Source of the DNA: Desulfarculales bacterium
GTDB taxonomy: Bacteria; Desulfobacterota; Desulfarculia; Desulfarculales; Desulfarculaceae
Reading direction: 5' to 3'
DNA length: 64,000 bases
Assembly: GCA_031267815.1 (NCBI GenBank)
Contig: JAIRYI010000037.1
Span: 8,471-72,470, forward strand
The position numbers and the translations under genes were made by a program. Below, piece by piece: positions 55,466 through 64,000 of the stretch (within the stretch, counting starts at the first letter, position 1; every line of letters begins with the position of its first letter). Below the pieces are notes generated by a model. It searched no databases and was not told the origin of the DNA. It worked only from the letters and a program-made list of their open reading frames with translations.

Positions 55466-57412
55466 CTATTCTCTGGACAAGGCCTCAATGGGATTGAGGC
55501 GGGAAGCGTTACGCGCCGGCATAAAACCGAAACCCACCCCAATCAGAGTGGAGCAGCACAGAGCCAGAATAATAGACCAGGGCTTGAAAGATACGGCAAA
55601 GCTGGACAGCATGGCGTTGATAATAAAACCCAGGGCAAAGGAAAGCAATATGCCCATCAGCCCGCCAATCAGGCACAACAATACCGCCTCAATAAGAAAT
55701 TGCTGCAGGATGTTGTACTGCCGGGCGCCAACGGCCATGCGCAGACCGATTTCCCTGGTGCGCTCAGTCACGGAGACCAGCATTATATTCATAACCCCTA
55801 TTCCTCCCACTAACAGAGAAATAAGCGCAATGCCCGCGATGAGGACAGTCATGGTATTGGTGGTGCTGCGCACTGTCTGTTGAATGCTGTCGGCGTTTAC
55901 CGTGAAAAAATCCGCCGCTCCGCCGTGTTTGGCGGTGAGCAGAACGGTTATATTTTTCTCCGCCACTTGAGCGCTCACCGAATCTTTCACTTTAACGATA
56001 ATGGAACTGATGCTGCGCTCTCCGGTTATCTTGTTCATTACCGTAGTGTAAGGCGACCACAGGTTGATAGTATCGCCGGCGCCGCCGAACATCTGGCTTT
56101 GCGGTTCGGTTATGCCTATTACCTGCAAGGGTTGACGGTTAAAAATGATAGTCTTGCCCAAAGGATCTTCCCCTGGGAAAAGCTGTTCTAAAGTGTTGGG
56201 ATCTATGACCACCACAGAAGCGTTTCTGAGGACGTCATCTCCGTGGAACAGGCGGCCCCGGTGCAGAGTCAGTCCGGTAACGTCAAAGTATTGTTCGCCC
56301 ACTCCGTTTAGCCTGCCTTTGATGGCAATATTGCGATAGGCAATAGTGGCATTGGAAACAGAGATAGGAGTGGCGCTGGCAAGATAACTCTGCCGGCCCA
56401 AAACCTGCGCGTCGCTTACTGTCAGGGTTTTTACTCTTCCCGAGCGCATATCGCCAAAATTAAGCCCAGGATAAATTGTAATGGTGTTAGTGCCCATCGC
56501 GCTTATATCGCTCATAATTTTTTCTTGGGAACCCATACCCAGAGCCACGACCGAAACAACCGAGGCAATACCGATGATAATGCCCAGCATGGTCAGCCAT
56601 GAACGAAGTTTATGCGCCATAATGGCCTGAATGGACATTTTGCAGGCTTCAACCAATTGATCCCGGTAAAAACGCCAGGTGCGGCGGCCGGCCGGAGCCG
56701 GATTAAGACAATGAGATTTGCCGGTCCAGGGACGGCGGCTGTAATCATTAATAATCATACCGTCTTTAATTTCAATGACCCGGTTGGCGTAAGCGGCAAT
56801 CTGCTGATCATGGGTAACTACAATAACAGTGTGTCCGCCGGCGTTTAATTTCTGCAGAATCTCCATAACCATAATACCGCTTTTGGAATCCAGGGCTCCG
56901 GTGGGCTCGTCAGCCAGAATAATTTCACCTCCGTTAATCAGAGCCCGGGCAATACTCACCCGTTGCTGCTGACCTCCGGAGAGTTCGTTGGGACGGTTGG
57001 CGGATTTATCTCCCATTTCCAGACGGCTTAAAAGCTCCTGGGCTATGACCATTCGTTCCTTCTGCTCTACCCCGGCATAGACTGAGGGCAGCGCCACATT
57101 GTCCACCGCGTTCAGGCTGTTGAGTAAATTATAGCGCTGAAAAATAAAACCCAGTTTTTCACTGCGCAGGCGGGCCAGGCCGTTGCTGTCCAGACGGCCG
57201 GTATCCACGCCGTCGATTATATAGCGGCCGGAACTGGGCGTGTCCAAACAGCCCAGCATGTTCATTAAAGTGGATTTGCCCGATCCTGACTGGCCGATAA
57301 TGGCCACAAAATCTCCCTTTTGAATACTGATATTAATATTCTTGAGTACATGCAGGCGGCCGGTTCCCTGGCCGTAATATTTATTGAGATCTATGATTTC
57401 AATTATGTTCAT
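55466..57412 (-). CDS. macB: MacB-type ABC transporter (fused ATPase/permease)
   Basis: ATG 57412 (MNIIEIIDL), 1 nt after the macA stop. Walker A GQSGSGKST, LSGGQQQR, Walker B ILADEPT, FtsX-like four-TM permease with a large periplasmic loop. Confidence 0.92.
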   Translation of the reverse strand: MNIIEIIDLNKYYGQGTGRLHVLKNINISIQKGDFVAIIGQSGSGKSTLMNMLGCLDTPSSGRYIIDGVDTGRLDSNGLARLRSEKLGFIFQRYNLLNSLNAVDNVALPSVYAGVEQKERMVIAQELLSRLEMGDKSANRPNELSGGQQQRVSIARALINGGEIILADEPTGALDSKSGIMVMEILQKLNAGGHTVIVVTHDQQIAAYANRVIEIKDGMIINDYSRRPWTGKSHCLNPAPAGRRTWRFYRDQLVEACKMSIQAIMAHKLRSWLTMLGIIIGIASVVSVVALGMGSQEKIMSDISAMGTNTITIYPGLNFGDMRSGRVKTLTVSDAQVLGRQSYLASATPISVSNATIAYRNIAIKGRLNGVGEQYFDVTGLTLHRGRLFHGDDVLRNASVVVIDPNTLEQLFPGEDPLGKTIIFNRQPLQVIGITEPQSQMFGGAGDTINLWSPYTTVMNKITGERSISSIIVKVKDSVSAQVAEKNITVLLTAKHGGAADFFTVNADSIQQTVRSTTNTMTVLIAGIALISLLVGGIGVMNIMLVSVTERTREIGLRMAVGARQYNILQQFLIEAVLLCLIGGLMGILLSFALGFIINAMLSSFAVSFKPWSIILALCCSTLIGVGFGFMPARNASRLNPIEALSRE

Positions 57413-57413
57413 T

Positions 57414-58607
57414 TTAAAAAGCGCCGCGCCTGAATCTTCCCGGCATATAGCCAAGAGCCTCGCCGTCCGCCATCTGGGCTGATACCACCGTGTCCCCTTC
57501 CTGCAAACCGCTTTTTATTTCACTGTTAAGGTTGTCCGACAAGCCTGTTTCCACTTCCCGCCGCACTGTTTGATAGCTTTTATCATCCAGCAGATTGACA
57601 AAAGTCACTCCTGCCTCCTGCTGCAAAGCCACTGTGGGCAAAATAACTACTCCACTGACTTCAGCTATCATGATAGTGCTTTGCACTGTCATACCGATGC
57701 GTAATTTACCTTCCTGATTAGACACTATCAGGTTACCGTAATAGTAAACCGCGCTCTCGGCGCTGGAGCCGGAGCTGCTGGCGACGCCATATTTTTGATC
57801 GCTTAAGGTAGTCAGGCCAGGGTCAACCGATTGTAAAACGGTTTCATAAAAGACATTGGGTTCGCCTAAAATACTATAACTCACCTTCATACCCGGTTCA
57901 ACTTTGGTGACGTCACCTTCCGATATCTGCAGCTTTATTTCCATCTGGCTTAAATCAGCTATCTGGACAATGGTGGGAGTGGTCTGATTGGCGTTCACTG
58001 TCTGCCCTTCTTCCACATGCACGGCCACTACAGTTCCCGCCAGAGGAGCGGAAATGCGGGTATAGCTCAAATTTACTTCCGCGGTGCTTACCGCAATCTC
58101 TGTCTGTTTAATCAGAGAATTAATTTCATCCAGCGCGGCTTTAGCCGCGGCCATGGTATTTTCAGCGTTTTCCAGATTTTCATGGGAAGTCGCGTTCTGT
58201 TTAAAAAGCTCCAGCTCCCGTTCGTGCTGTTTGCGGGCCACTTTGAGGGCAATCTGCCGGGAAAGGCGCTGGGCTTGATAAGTTCCCAGCCTGGCTTTAT
58301 TGATGTTAAGTTCATTTAACTGGGTCGTTGAATCTATCTCCGCCACTAATCCGCCCCGCTCCACCAGCTGCCCCAATTGCACATGAAGCTTTTTGATCTG
58401 TCCGGATACCTGAGCGCCCACACTTACCAGCTGCCTGGCCGCCACATCGCCGGTGGCGCTGACCGTCTGGATAATATCTCCCCGCCCGGCCCGTTCAGTA
58501 AGATAAGTCACCTTATCATCTTCACTGAACATAGTATAGGCAAGGAGGCAAACAGCTATAAGCGCAAGCGCCAGGATAGAAAAAACTTTGACCGTCTTTC
58601 TGTTCAT
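57414..58607 (-). CDS. macA: MacA-type periplasmic adaptor (HlyD/MFP family)
   Basis: N-terminal anchor, lipoyl/coiled-coil hairpin, beta-barrel. Layout typical of MacA. Confidence 0.88.
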   Translation of the reverse strand: MNRKTVKVFSILALALIAVCLLAYTMFSEDDKVTYLTERAGRGDIIQTVSATGDVAARQLVSVGAQVSGQIKKLHVQLGQLVERGGLVAEIDSTTQLNELNINKARLGTYQAQRLSRQIALKVARKQHERELELFKQNATSHENLENAENTMAAAKAALDEINSLIKQTEIAVSTAEVNLSYTRISAPLAGTVVAVHVEEGQTVNANQTTPTIVQIADLSQMEIKLQISEGDVTKVEPGMKVSYSILGEPNVFYETVLQSVDPGLTTLSDQKYGVASSSGSSAESAVYYYGNLIVSNQEGKLRIGMTVQSTIMIAEVSGVVILPTVALQQEAGVTFVNLLDDKSYQTVRREVETGLSDNLNSEIKSGLQEGDTVVSAQMADGEALGYMPGRFRRGAF

Positions 58608-59007
58608 AACTGAAGATTCTTTGCGCCCATAGAATTAAAGCCGCCATTTTCCGAAAAGACAGAAGCATTATTCATGCCAGCCATCCAGGCGAGCGGCGTT
58701 TAGGGGTGAGATAAATTTCGTTAATTTATAACTACTATATAATATTAAATAAATATATTAGAAGTCATTTATGAACTCTAGTAAAGAAAAAACTATTTTA
58801 CTCTGATCAATTATAAATTTCTTCCCCCAAGTGAAGAGATTAAGTAAAAATGTTATCCCCTTGGGTAAAAATTATCCAGGCGCATCTACTTGAACCAATC
58901 CGGGACTATTGCCCATTTTCTCCACTGGCTTTATGTCTGGGGTCAGCAAAGCACCGGGCAACCCTAAAATGATCTAACCCCACCGTTCACTCATGCTTTT
59001 ATTCAGG

Positions 59008-61314
59008 CTAGCGTTTCATATTAATGGCCTCTTTGAGCATTTCGTCGGTGGTGGTGATGCTCTTGGTGTTGAACTGATAGGCCCGCTGGTAAGTTATCAT
59101 ATTAACCAGTTCCTGGGCCATATCCACGTTGGATTTTTCCAGATTGCCGGAATGGATGACGCCCATGCCGTACTGATAAGTCTGGGGAAAATCTATCCAG
59201 GGCCCGCCGCTGGCCTGATTGCCCAGCCACAGGTTATCGCCAATACGCTCCAACTCCACAATACCCGGGAAATGAGCCAGGGCGATAGTGCCAATCCGCC
59301 TTATCTGGTCATTGGAATAGCTTATCAGCACATCGCCGTAACCGTTGATCTCCATCCCGTTGACAAACCCCTCCGGATATCCGTCCTGGGTTATCATCCG
59401 CAATTCGCTGCTCAAGGCCTGCTGGGTGGTGTACTGTCCCACGGAAACGCCGGGAACATATTGGCCGTAAGGGGCGTAATCCAGCACCACGGCCTGGCTC
59501 AACCCATCGAAATTAAAATTGACCGTGGCTTTACCCTCAGAAGAGGGAGTCCCGGCGCTGGCGCTGGAAGTCTGGGTAAAACTTAAAGGGAGAGAGGCGC
59601 CTTCCGGAATGAAGCTGGAACTCAGCCCGGTGATGGTGGCTCCGCTGCCCGCGCCTATGCGCTGCAAAACCAGTACCTTGGCGGAGGAGTTGAGCGGATC
59701 GGCCCCGCTCTGGGCGTCCACCATAGATATTTCACTGCTGTTCATGCCCCCCAGCAGGCTGGCGGAACTGAAATGAAGATAACCCATAGTATCGCTGGAA
59801 CTCAGAAGCAGGGCATTGCCGGCCTGGCCCACGCTCCTGGCGCTCAAAGCTATTTCTCCGCCCAAAGCGGAGGCGCTAACCGGGGAAGCGGAATTATCGT
59901 TGATAAGCTGGACCAGACCGGCGGCCATTTCCTCCGGGCTGGCGCCGCCGGGGATAGTATAGTTTTGCCCGCCAATGCTCACTGTCTCGCCGGCCGCCAG
60001 AACATTGTCCAAAAGCAGGACCCCAGAGGCGGCGCGGCCGTTGTCAATGGCATAGATCACTTCATCCAGGGTGGCCCCGGCGCTGAGATTGACAGAGGAA
60101 GAACTGGAACTCATGGGCAGAGACAAAGAGGTCAGGGGTTGCAGGCTGAGCCGGCCGGAACCTTCATCGACCGCGAAACAGCCGGCCGCGGCCGGATTGC
60201 GGTTAATCTGAGCGGCCAGATCCGCCGCCGCCTCTTCTCTGCTGCTGTGCGCGCTCAAGGTATAAGTGATCGCGCCGATGCCGACCGTTTCCCCTCCCGC
60301 CGTGCCGCCGGCAAAATCAATAATTCCGCCGCTGAGATAGGTCTCCGGCCCGGCGGCGCCGCTGAAGCTCAGGCTCTGGCCCATGACCGTGCTGACGAGG
60401 CTGTTGCCCGTCACTCCCTGAAGGGCCTGATAGCGGTCGGCGCTGGGATTGTTAATCTGGGTCAGCTGTCCCATGTCGTCAAAATAGAGGCGGAATTCGC
60501 CGCCGCTCACCGGATTGAAGCTGGTTCCGCTTTTTTCAAAAACTTCCACTTTCCAGGAACGGGAGTCGACCGGTTCCAGGCGCTGGTAAAAAAGCATGAT
60601 ATTGTGGGAAGCGCCGCCGCTGTCATAGACCAGGCTGCCGTTGCTGAAATTATAAGTGCTACCGTCCAGAGGATTGATGTCCAGGCTGTCCGGATGAGCC
60701 GCCCGATCAGAGGCGTCCAGGTTGACCAGCATATTGATCTGGCTGGTTAATTTGGCTTTGAGGCTTTCTTCCGGTATGTGCAAATCCTGCAAAGGCCCCA
60801 TGGTCACATTGCCGTTGGCGTCAGCCAGCACGCCCTGCAGCACATAGCCCTGAGTATTGGTGATATAGCCGAAGCGGTCAATCTGGAACTGTCCCGCCCG
60901 AGTGTAATAATCGGGGCTTCCCGCCTTGCTGCCTCCGCTGTCAGAGGCGTTGGCGTAAACAGTGCCGAAAGGAGAAGTATAATGCTGGGGCGCTTTGACA
61001 ATGAAAAACCCCTGCCCCTCTATTCCCAGGTCGGTATTGATATCAGTGGGAGTCAAACTGGCCGCGTTCATGACATTGACCGCCTGCGCCACCACGCCCA
61101 AACCTATCTGATTATGGTCCATATAACCGGCGGTATCGCCGCTTGACTCCCGCCCTCCCTGCACCAGGTGGCGGCTGATGAGATCACTGAACAAGGCTCT
61201 GGTGCCCTTGAAACCGTAAGTGCTGACGTTAGCGATATTGTCAGCCACGCTGGTAAGAGCCCGGTCATGGGCTTTGACTCCCAAAGCGCCGGTAAATAAC
61301 GATGAAGCGCGCAT
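59008..61314 (-). CDS. flgE: Flagellar hook protein FlgE (long form, 768 aa)
   Basis: Flg_bb_rod N-terminus (LTSVADNIANVSTYGFK), C-terminus GNLEKSNVDMAQELVNMITYQRAYQFNTKSITTTDEML, a ~300-aa Ser/Gly/Ala-rich central insert, AAGGAG RBS. Confidence 0.88.
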   Translation of the reverse strand: MRASSLFTGALGVKAHDRALTSVADNIANVSTYGFKGTRALFSDLISRHLVQGGRESSGDTAGYMDHNQIGLGVVAQAVNVMNAASLTPTDINTDLGIEGQGFFIVKAPQHYTSPFGTVYANASDSGGSKAGSPDYYTRAGQFQIDRFGYITNTQGYVLQGVLADANGNVTMGPLQDLHIPEESLKAKLTSQINMLVNLDASDRAAHPDSLDINPLDGSTYNFSNGSLVYDSGGASHNIMLFYQRLEPVDSRSWKVEVFEKSGTSFNPVSGGEFRLYFDDMGQLTQINNPSADRYQALQGVTGNSLVSTVMGQSLSFSGAAGPETYLSGGIIDFAGGTAGGETVGIGAITYTLSAHSSREEAAADLAAQINRNPAAAGCFAVDEGSGRLSLQPLTSLSLPMSSSSSSVNLSAGATLDEVIYAIDNGRAASGVLLLDNVLAAGETVSIGGQNYTIPGGASPEEMAAGLVQLINDNSASPVSASALGGEIALSARSVGQAGNALLLSSSDTMGYLHFSSASLLGGMNSSEISMVDAQSGADPLNSSAKVLVLQRIGAGSGATITGLSSSFIPEGASLPLSFTQTSSASAGTPSSEGKATVNFNFDGLSQAVVLDYAPYGQYVPGVSVGQYTTQQALSSELRMITQDGYPEGFVNGMEINGYGDVLISYSNDQIRRIGTIALAHFPGIVELERIGDNLWLGNQASGGPWIDFPQTYQYGMGVIHSGNLEKSNVDMAQELVNMITYQRAYQFNTKSITTTDEMLKEAINMKR

Positions 61315-61458
61315 TGTTTTCTCCTTGCCTTGAGCCGCGCGCTCTCAAACAGCGCCGGCAAAGGCCCCCTGCCTGGGGACAGTTTAAGCATAAAATTTTC
61401 TTCCGGCCATGCCGGGCGCCCGCCTGTCCAAGGAGGACTTAAAGGCTCAATATCTATA

Positions 61459-61474
61459 AGCAACAAAAGTGCCA
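61459..61474 (-). promoter_or_regulatory. sigma54 (RpoN) -24/-12 promoter for flgE
   Basis: The minus strand reads TTGGCAC-TTTTG-TTGCTT, an exact match to TGGCAC-N5-TTGCW. It lies ~145 nt upstream of the flgE ATG. Confidence 0.75.
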
Positions 61475-61747
61475 AAAAATCAAAGCAAAAACGCAGACCG
61501 GAAAATGCGGTTGCCATAATGAGATATAATTATAAATTAAAAGGAAAAATTTCCCCTTTTAAGCGAACGGCCGAAAGCCTCAAGTTTCTCTTGTCCCTGG
61601 ACCCCGGCCCAACCAAGGGAGAGAAAGAAGGAATTTATTGCCGGGCGGGATAAGCCTAAAATCCTTGAACTGGGGCCTGTCAGGGGGTAAGATAAGGAAG
61701 CTTGCTTATTTTGCCGTTTAAGGAGAATTTATAACCGGTGACACTTT

Positions 61748-64000
61748 ACCTTAAGCTGGCTGGATTTCTGTTTTTTATTTGCCTGGCGGTTGCCTGCTCG
61801 GAACATCCAGTAGCCCCTGTTGACGATAATTCCAATTATCTCCGGGATTATCGCGCCATTCCCGGAGTGACCAAAGAAGAAATTCAGGCCGTTGAGGCGC
61901 TGAAGGCCAACCATAAGCGTTTCACTTGCGGTCTTATTTTCAGTGAGGACGCTTTTGAAAACCGCGAGGGCGAGGGCGGTGGGATCGCGATTAAACTCTG
62001 CCTTATCTTGAGCGAAATGTTCGGCATTCCCTTTGATTATGAATTTTATAAATGGGAATCCCTGCTGCCCGCTCTGGAAAATGGAGAAGTGGATTTTTCC
62101 GCTAACCTGGCCGCCACCCCGGAACGGCTCCGGCGTTATTTCATGACCGGTACCATATATTATCGGACTTTGAAAATTTTCACCAACCGCCTGGCCCCCG
62201 ACTATCAAAGAATTGCCGAAACCCGCCCCTTAAGAGTGGCCTTTCTGCGCGGAGCGGCCACAGCCGGACAATTCACCAAAGCCGCCCCCTGGCCGCTGGA
62301 AGCGGTGTATGTGGATAACTATCCGCAAGTGAGCGCGCTCCTGGCGGACAAGGAAATAGACGCTTTTGTGGGAGAATCACCGGCCAGCTATCACTTTGCC
62401 GGCCATGAATTCATCAAAGGGGATGATTTTTTTCCCCTGATTTTTTCGCCCCTGACCCTTTCCACCGCCAACGCGGAATACGCGCCCATTATAAATGTTG
62501 TCCAAAAATATCTGCAGAACGGAGGCTCTGAATATATAGCCCGCATCTATGCCTCCCACCGGCGGGATTTTATCCGGGCTCATCTGCACGAAAAACTTAG
62601 CCCCGAGGAGAAGTCCTATCTGGCGGCCAGAAAAAGCGAAGGCCAGCCGGTGCGGGTGGCCATGGACCCGGACAGTTATCCCATAAGTTTCTATAATGAG
62701 CAGGAAAAGGAATTCCAGGGCGTTGCTCCTGACATCCTGCGGGAAATAGGCGAACTGACCGATCTTGATTTCATTCCGGCCAACACCCAGAACGAGCCGC
62801 GCTCCGCTCTGCCGGAAAAACTGCGCTCCGGACAGGCGGATGTAATGAGCGCTTTAAAGTGGGGAACTGAGGAAAACAGCGGCCTTAGCTGGACGGACAA
62901 ACCTTTTTCCTATGACCGCTGCGCCTTTCTAACCACGCCCGGCCATCCGGATATAGACATCAACCAGATATTGAACCATAAAGTCGGCCTCATTGAAGGC
63001 AGCCTGTTCGCCTCCATTTACCGTCAATGGTTCCCGGACAGCGGCAATATCACAATTTACAGCAATTCCGACAAGGCCTTTGCCGCCCTGAAAAACCAGG
63101 AGATAGACTTCCTGATGGCTTCGCGCAATATTTTCTTCCGCCAGGTCAATTATCAGGAAGACCCTGACTTCAGAATAGGCCTCGCTTTCGCGCGCCGCCT
63201 GCCCGCGGCCTTTGCCTTCAACGAAGATTCATTCATCCTCCGCTCCATTATCAGCAAAGCCCAGGCCTATGTCCCTGTCGAACGGATCAACCTGCTCTGG
63301 AACCATAATATTTTCGATTACAAAACCAAAATGTTGAGCGAGGCCATACCCTACCTGCTCATCTTTTCCGCCCTGCTTATGACGGTGCTGGTTTTCACGG
63401 CGCGCCTGTATTTTAAAAACCGAAAACTGCGCGGCCACTTGGAGGAAATGGTTCACGCCCGCACCAAACAGCTGGAACAGGCTCAGGAAACCCTGAACGC
63501 CGAGCGCCTGCTTTTAAAAGATATTCTGGATTCCTGCCCGGTCTGTTTCTTTATAAGCAAAGACGGAATCATAAAATTTATCACCCCTTTCACCCGGGAA
63601 TTTCTGGGGGTGAAAGAAGGCGGCAAGGTAAAGCAATCCCTGACCTGCGCCGAGGAATATGACCGGATTGCGCAAAGCCTGTCCAATAATCAGTCTGTAA
63701 ACTGGTGGCCGGTGCATATCAACCGCGCCGACGGCCAGGTGCGCGAAATGCTTCTCAACACCTTCCGCGCCGATTATTATGGAGAAAAAGCCTTTTTGTC
63801 CTGGCTCATTGACGTCAGTGAACTCAAGGAACAGGCCCGTCAGCTCAATCTGGCCCGCGACGCGGCGGAAGCCAGCACCAGAGCCAAAAGCGAATTTCTG
63901 GCCAATATGAGCCATGAAATCCGCACCCCCATGAACGCCATTCTGGGGCTTACCCATCTGGCCCTGCAAACCGAACTCAATGAACAGCAGCATGATTATC
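61748..64000 (+). CDS. Sensor histidine kinase with two periplasmic solute-binding (PBPb/SBP_bac_3-like) domains, TM, PAS, HisKA (3' end beyond window)
   Basis: Absent from the supplied ORF track because it has no stop in the window. I translated it codon by codon from GTG 61748 (stop TAA at 61742, AAGGAG at 61730) to nt 64000 and found no stop. TM segment [24 protein letters not shown]; H-box [20 protein letters not shown] at ~63900. Confidence 0.85.

Noticed and set aside
58764-58778. GTCATTTATGAACTC, a partial match to the family B core
   Set aside because: It is only ~15 nt, sits in very AT-rich DNA, and lacks the hairpin arms. It could be chance.
58809-58819. AATTATAAATT direct repeat flanking flgE (second copy 61528..61538), considered as possible target-site duplication of an inserted flgE cassette
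   Set aside because: An 11-mer made only of A/T within two AT-rich spacers is plausibly coincidental, and there are no terminal inverted repeats or recombinase.
59773-60750. 325-aa + strand ORF
   Set aside because: It is entirely antisense to flgE. Its Gly/Ala/Arg-rich composition is the typical mirror of a GC-rich coding strand, and it has no motifs or RBS.
62318-62326. DnaA-box-like TGTGGATAA, and the idea that parAB marks a nearby oriC
   Set aside because: It is a single box inside a coding region. There is no cluster of boxes, no AT-rich DUE, and no dnaA/dnaN/gidAB in the window. No parS-like TGTTTCACGTGAAACA was found either.

Overview
A 64-kb chromosomal segment from a Gram-negative (diderm) bacterium. 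The gene content (sigma54-driven flagellar hook gene, FolE2, EF-G2-type paralogue, many Cache/REC/Hpt hybrid kinases) suggests a Desulfobacterota/deltaproteobacterium-like organism, but taxonomy cannot be proven from here. I support about 48 protein genes, almost all core functions. They include topA, dprA, an Rne/Rng ribonuclease, htpX plus a DegP-like protease, xth, folE2 plus an AICAR-transformylase-like gene, glgP, queA-tgt-yajC-secD-secF, parA-parB, tatB-tatC, thiolase, mpl, aspartate aminotransferase, uvrB-uvrC, a macA-macB-OMF efflux operon, and a 768-aa flgE. Signalling genes are two hybrid histidine kinases and an HD-GYP response regulator. A further kinase with two periplasmic binding domains runs off the 3' edge and is missing from the supplied ORF track. 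I see no rRNA, tRNA, CRISPR array, IS element, integrase or prophage. I do not find a convincing new multi-gene system. The points most worth a second look are these. (1) A mosaic family of intergenic palindromic/MITE-like repeats built from shared modules, present in at least eight intergenic regions. (2) A consensus sigma70 promoter that fires into one repeat copy and a ~460-bp ORF-free leader ahead of the HD-GYP regulator. (3) An orphan, frameshifted and truncated vgrG remnant. (4) A stand-alone EF-G paralogue whose switch-II catalytic His is replaced by Asp. (5) An isolated flgE with a textbook sigma54 promoter and two tandem IN-motif insert domains. All calls rest on motif recognition by eye; no database search was run.
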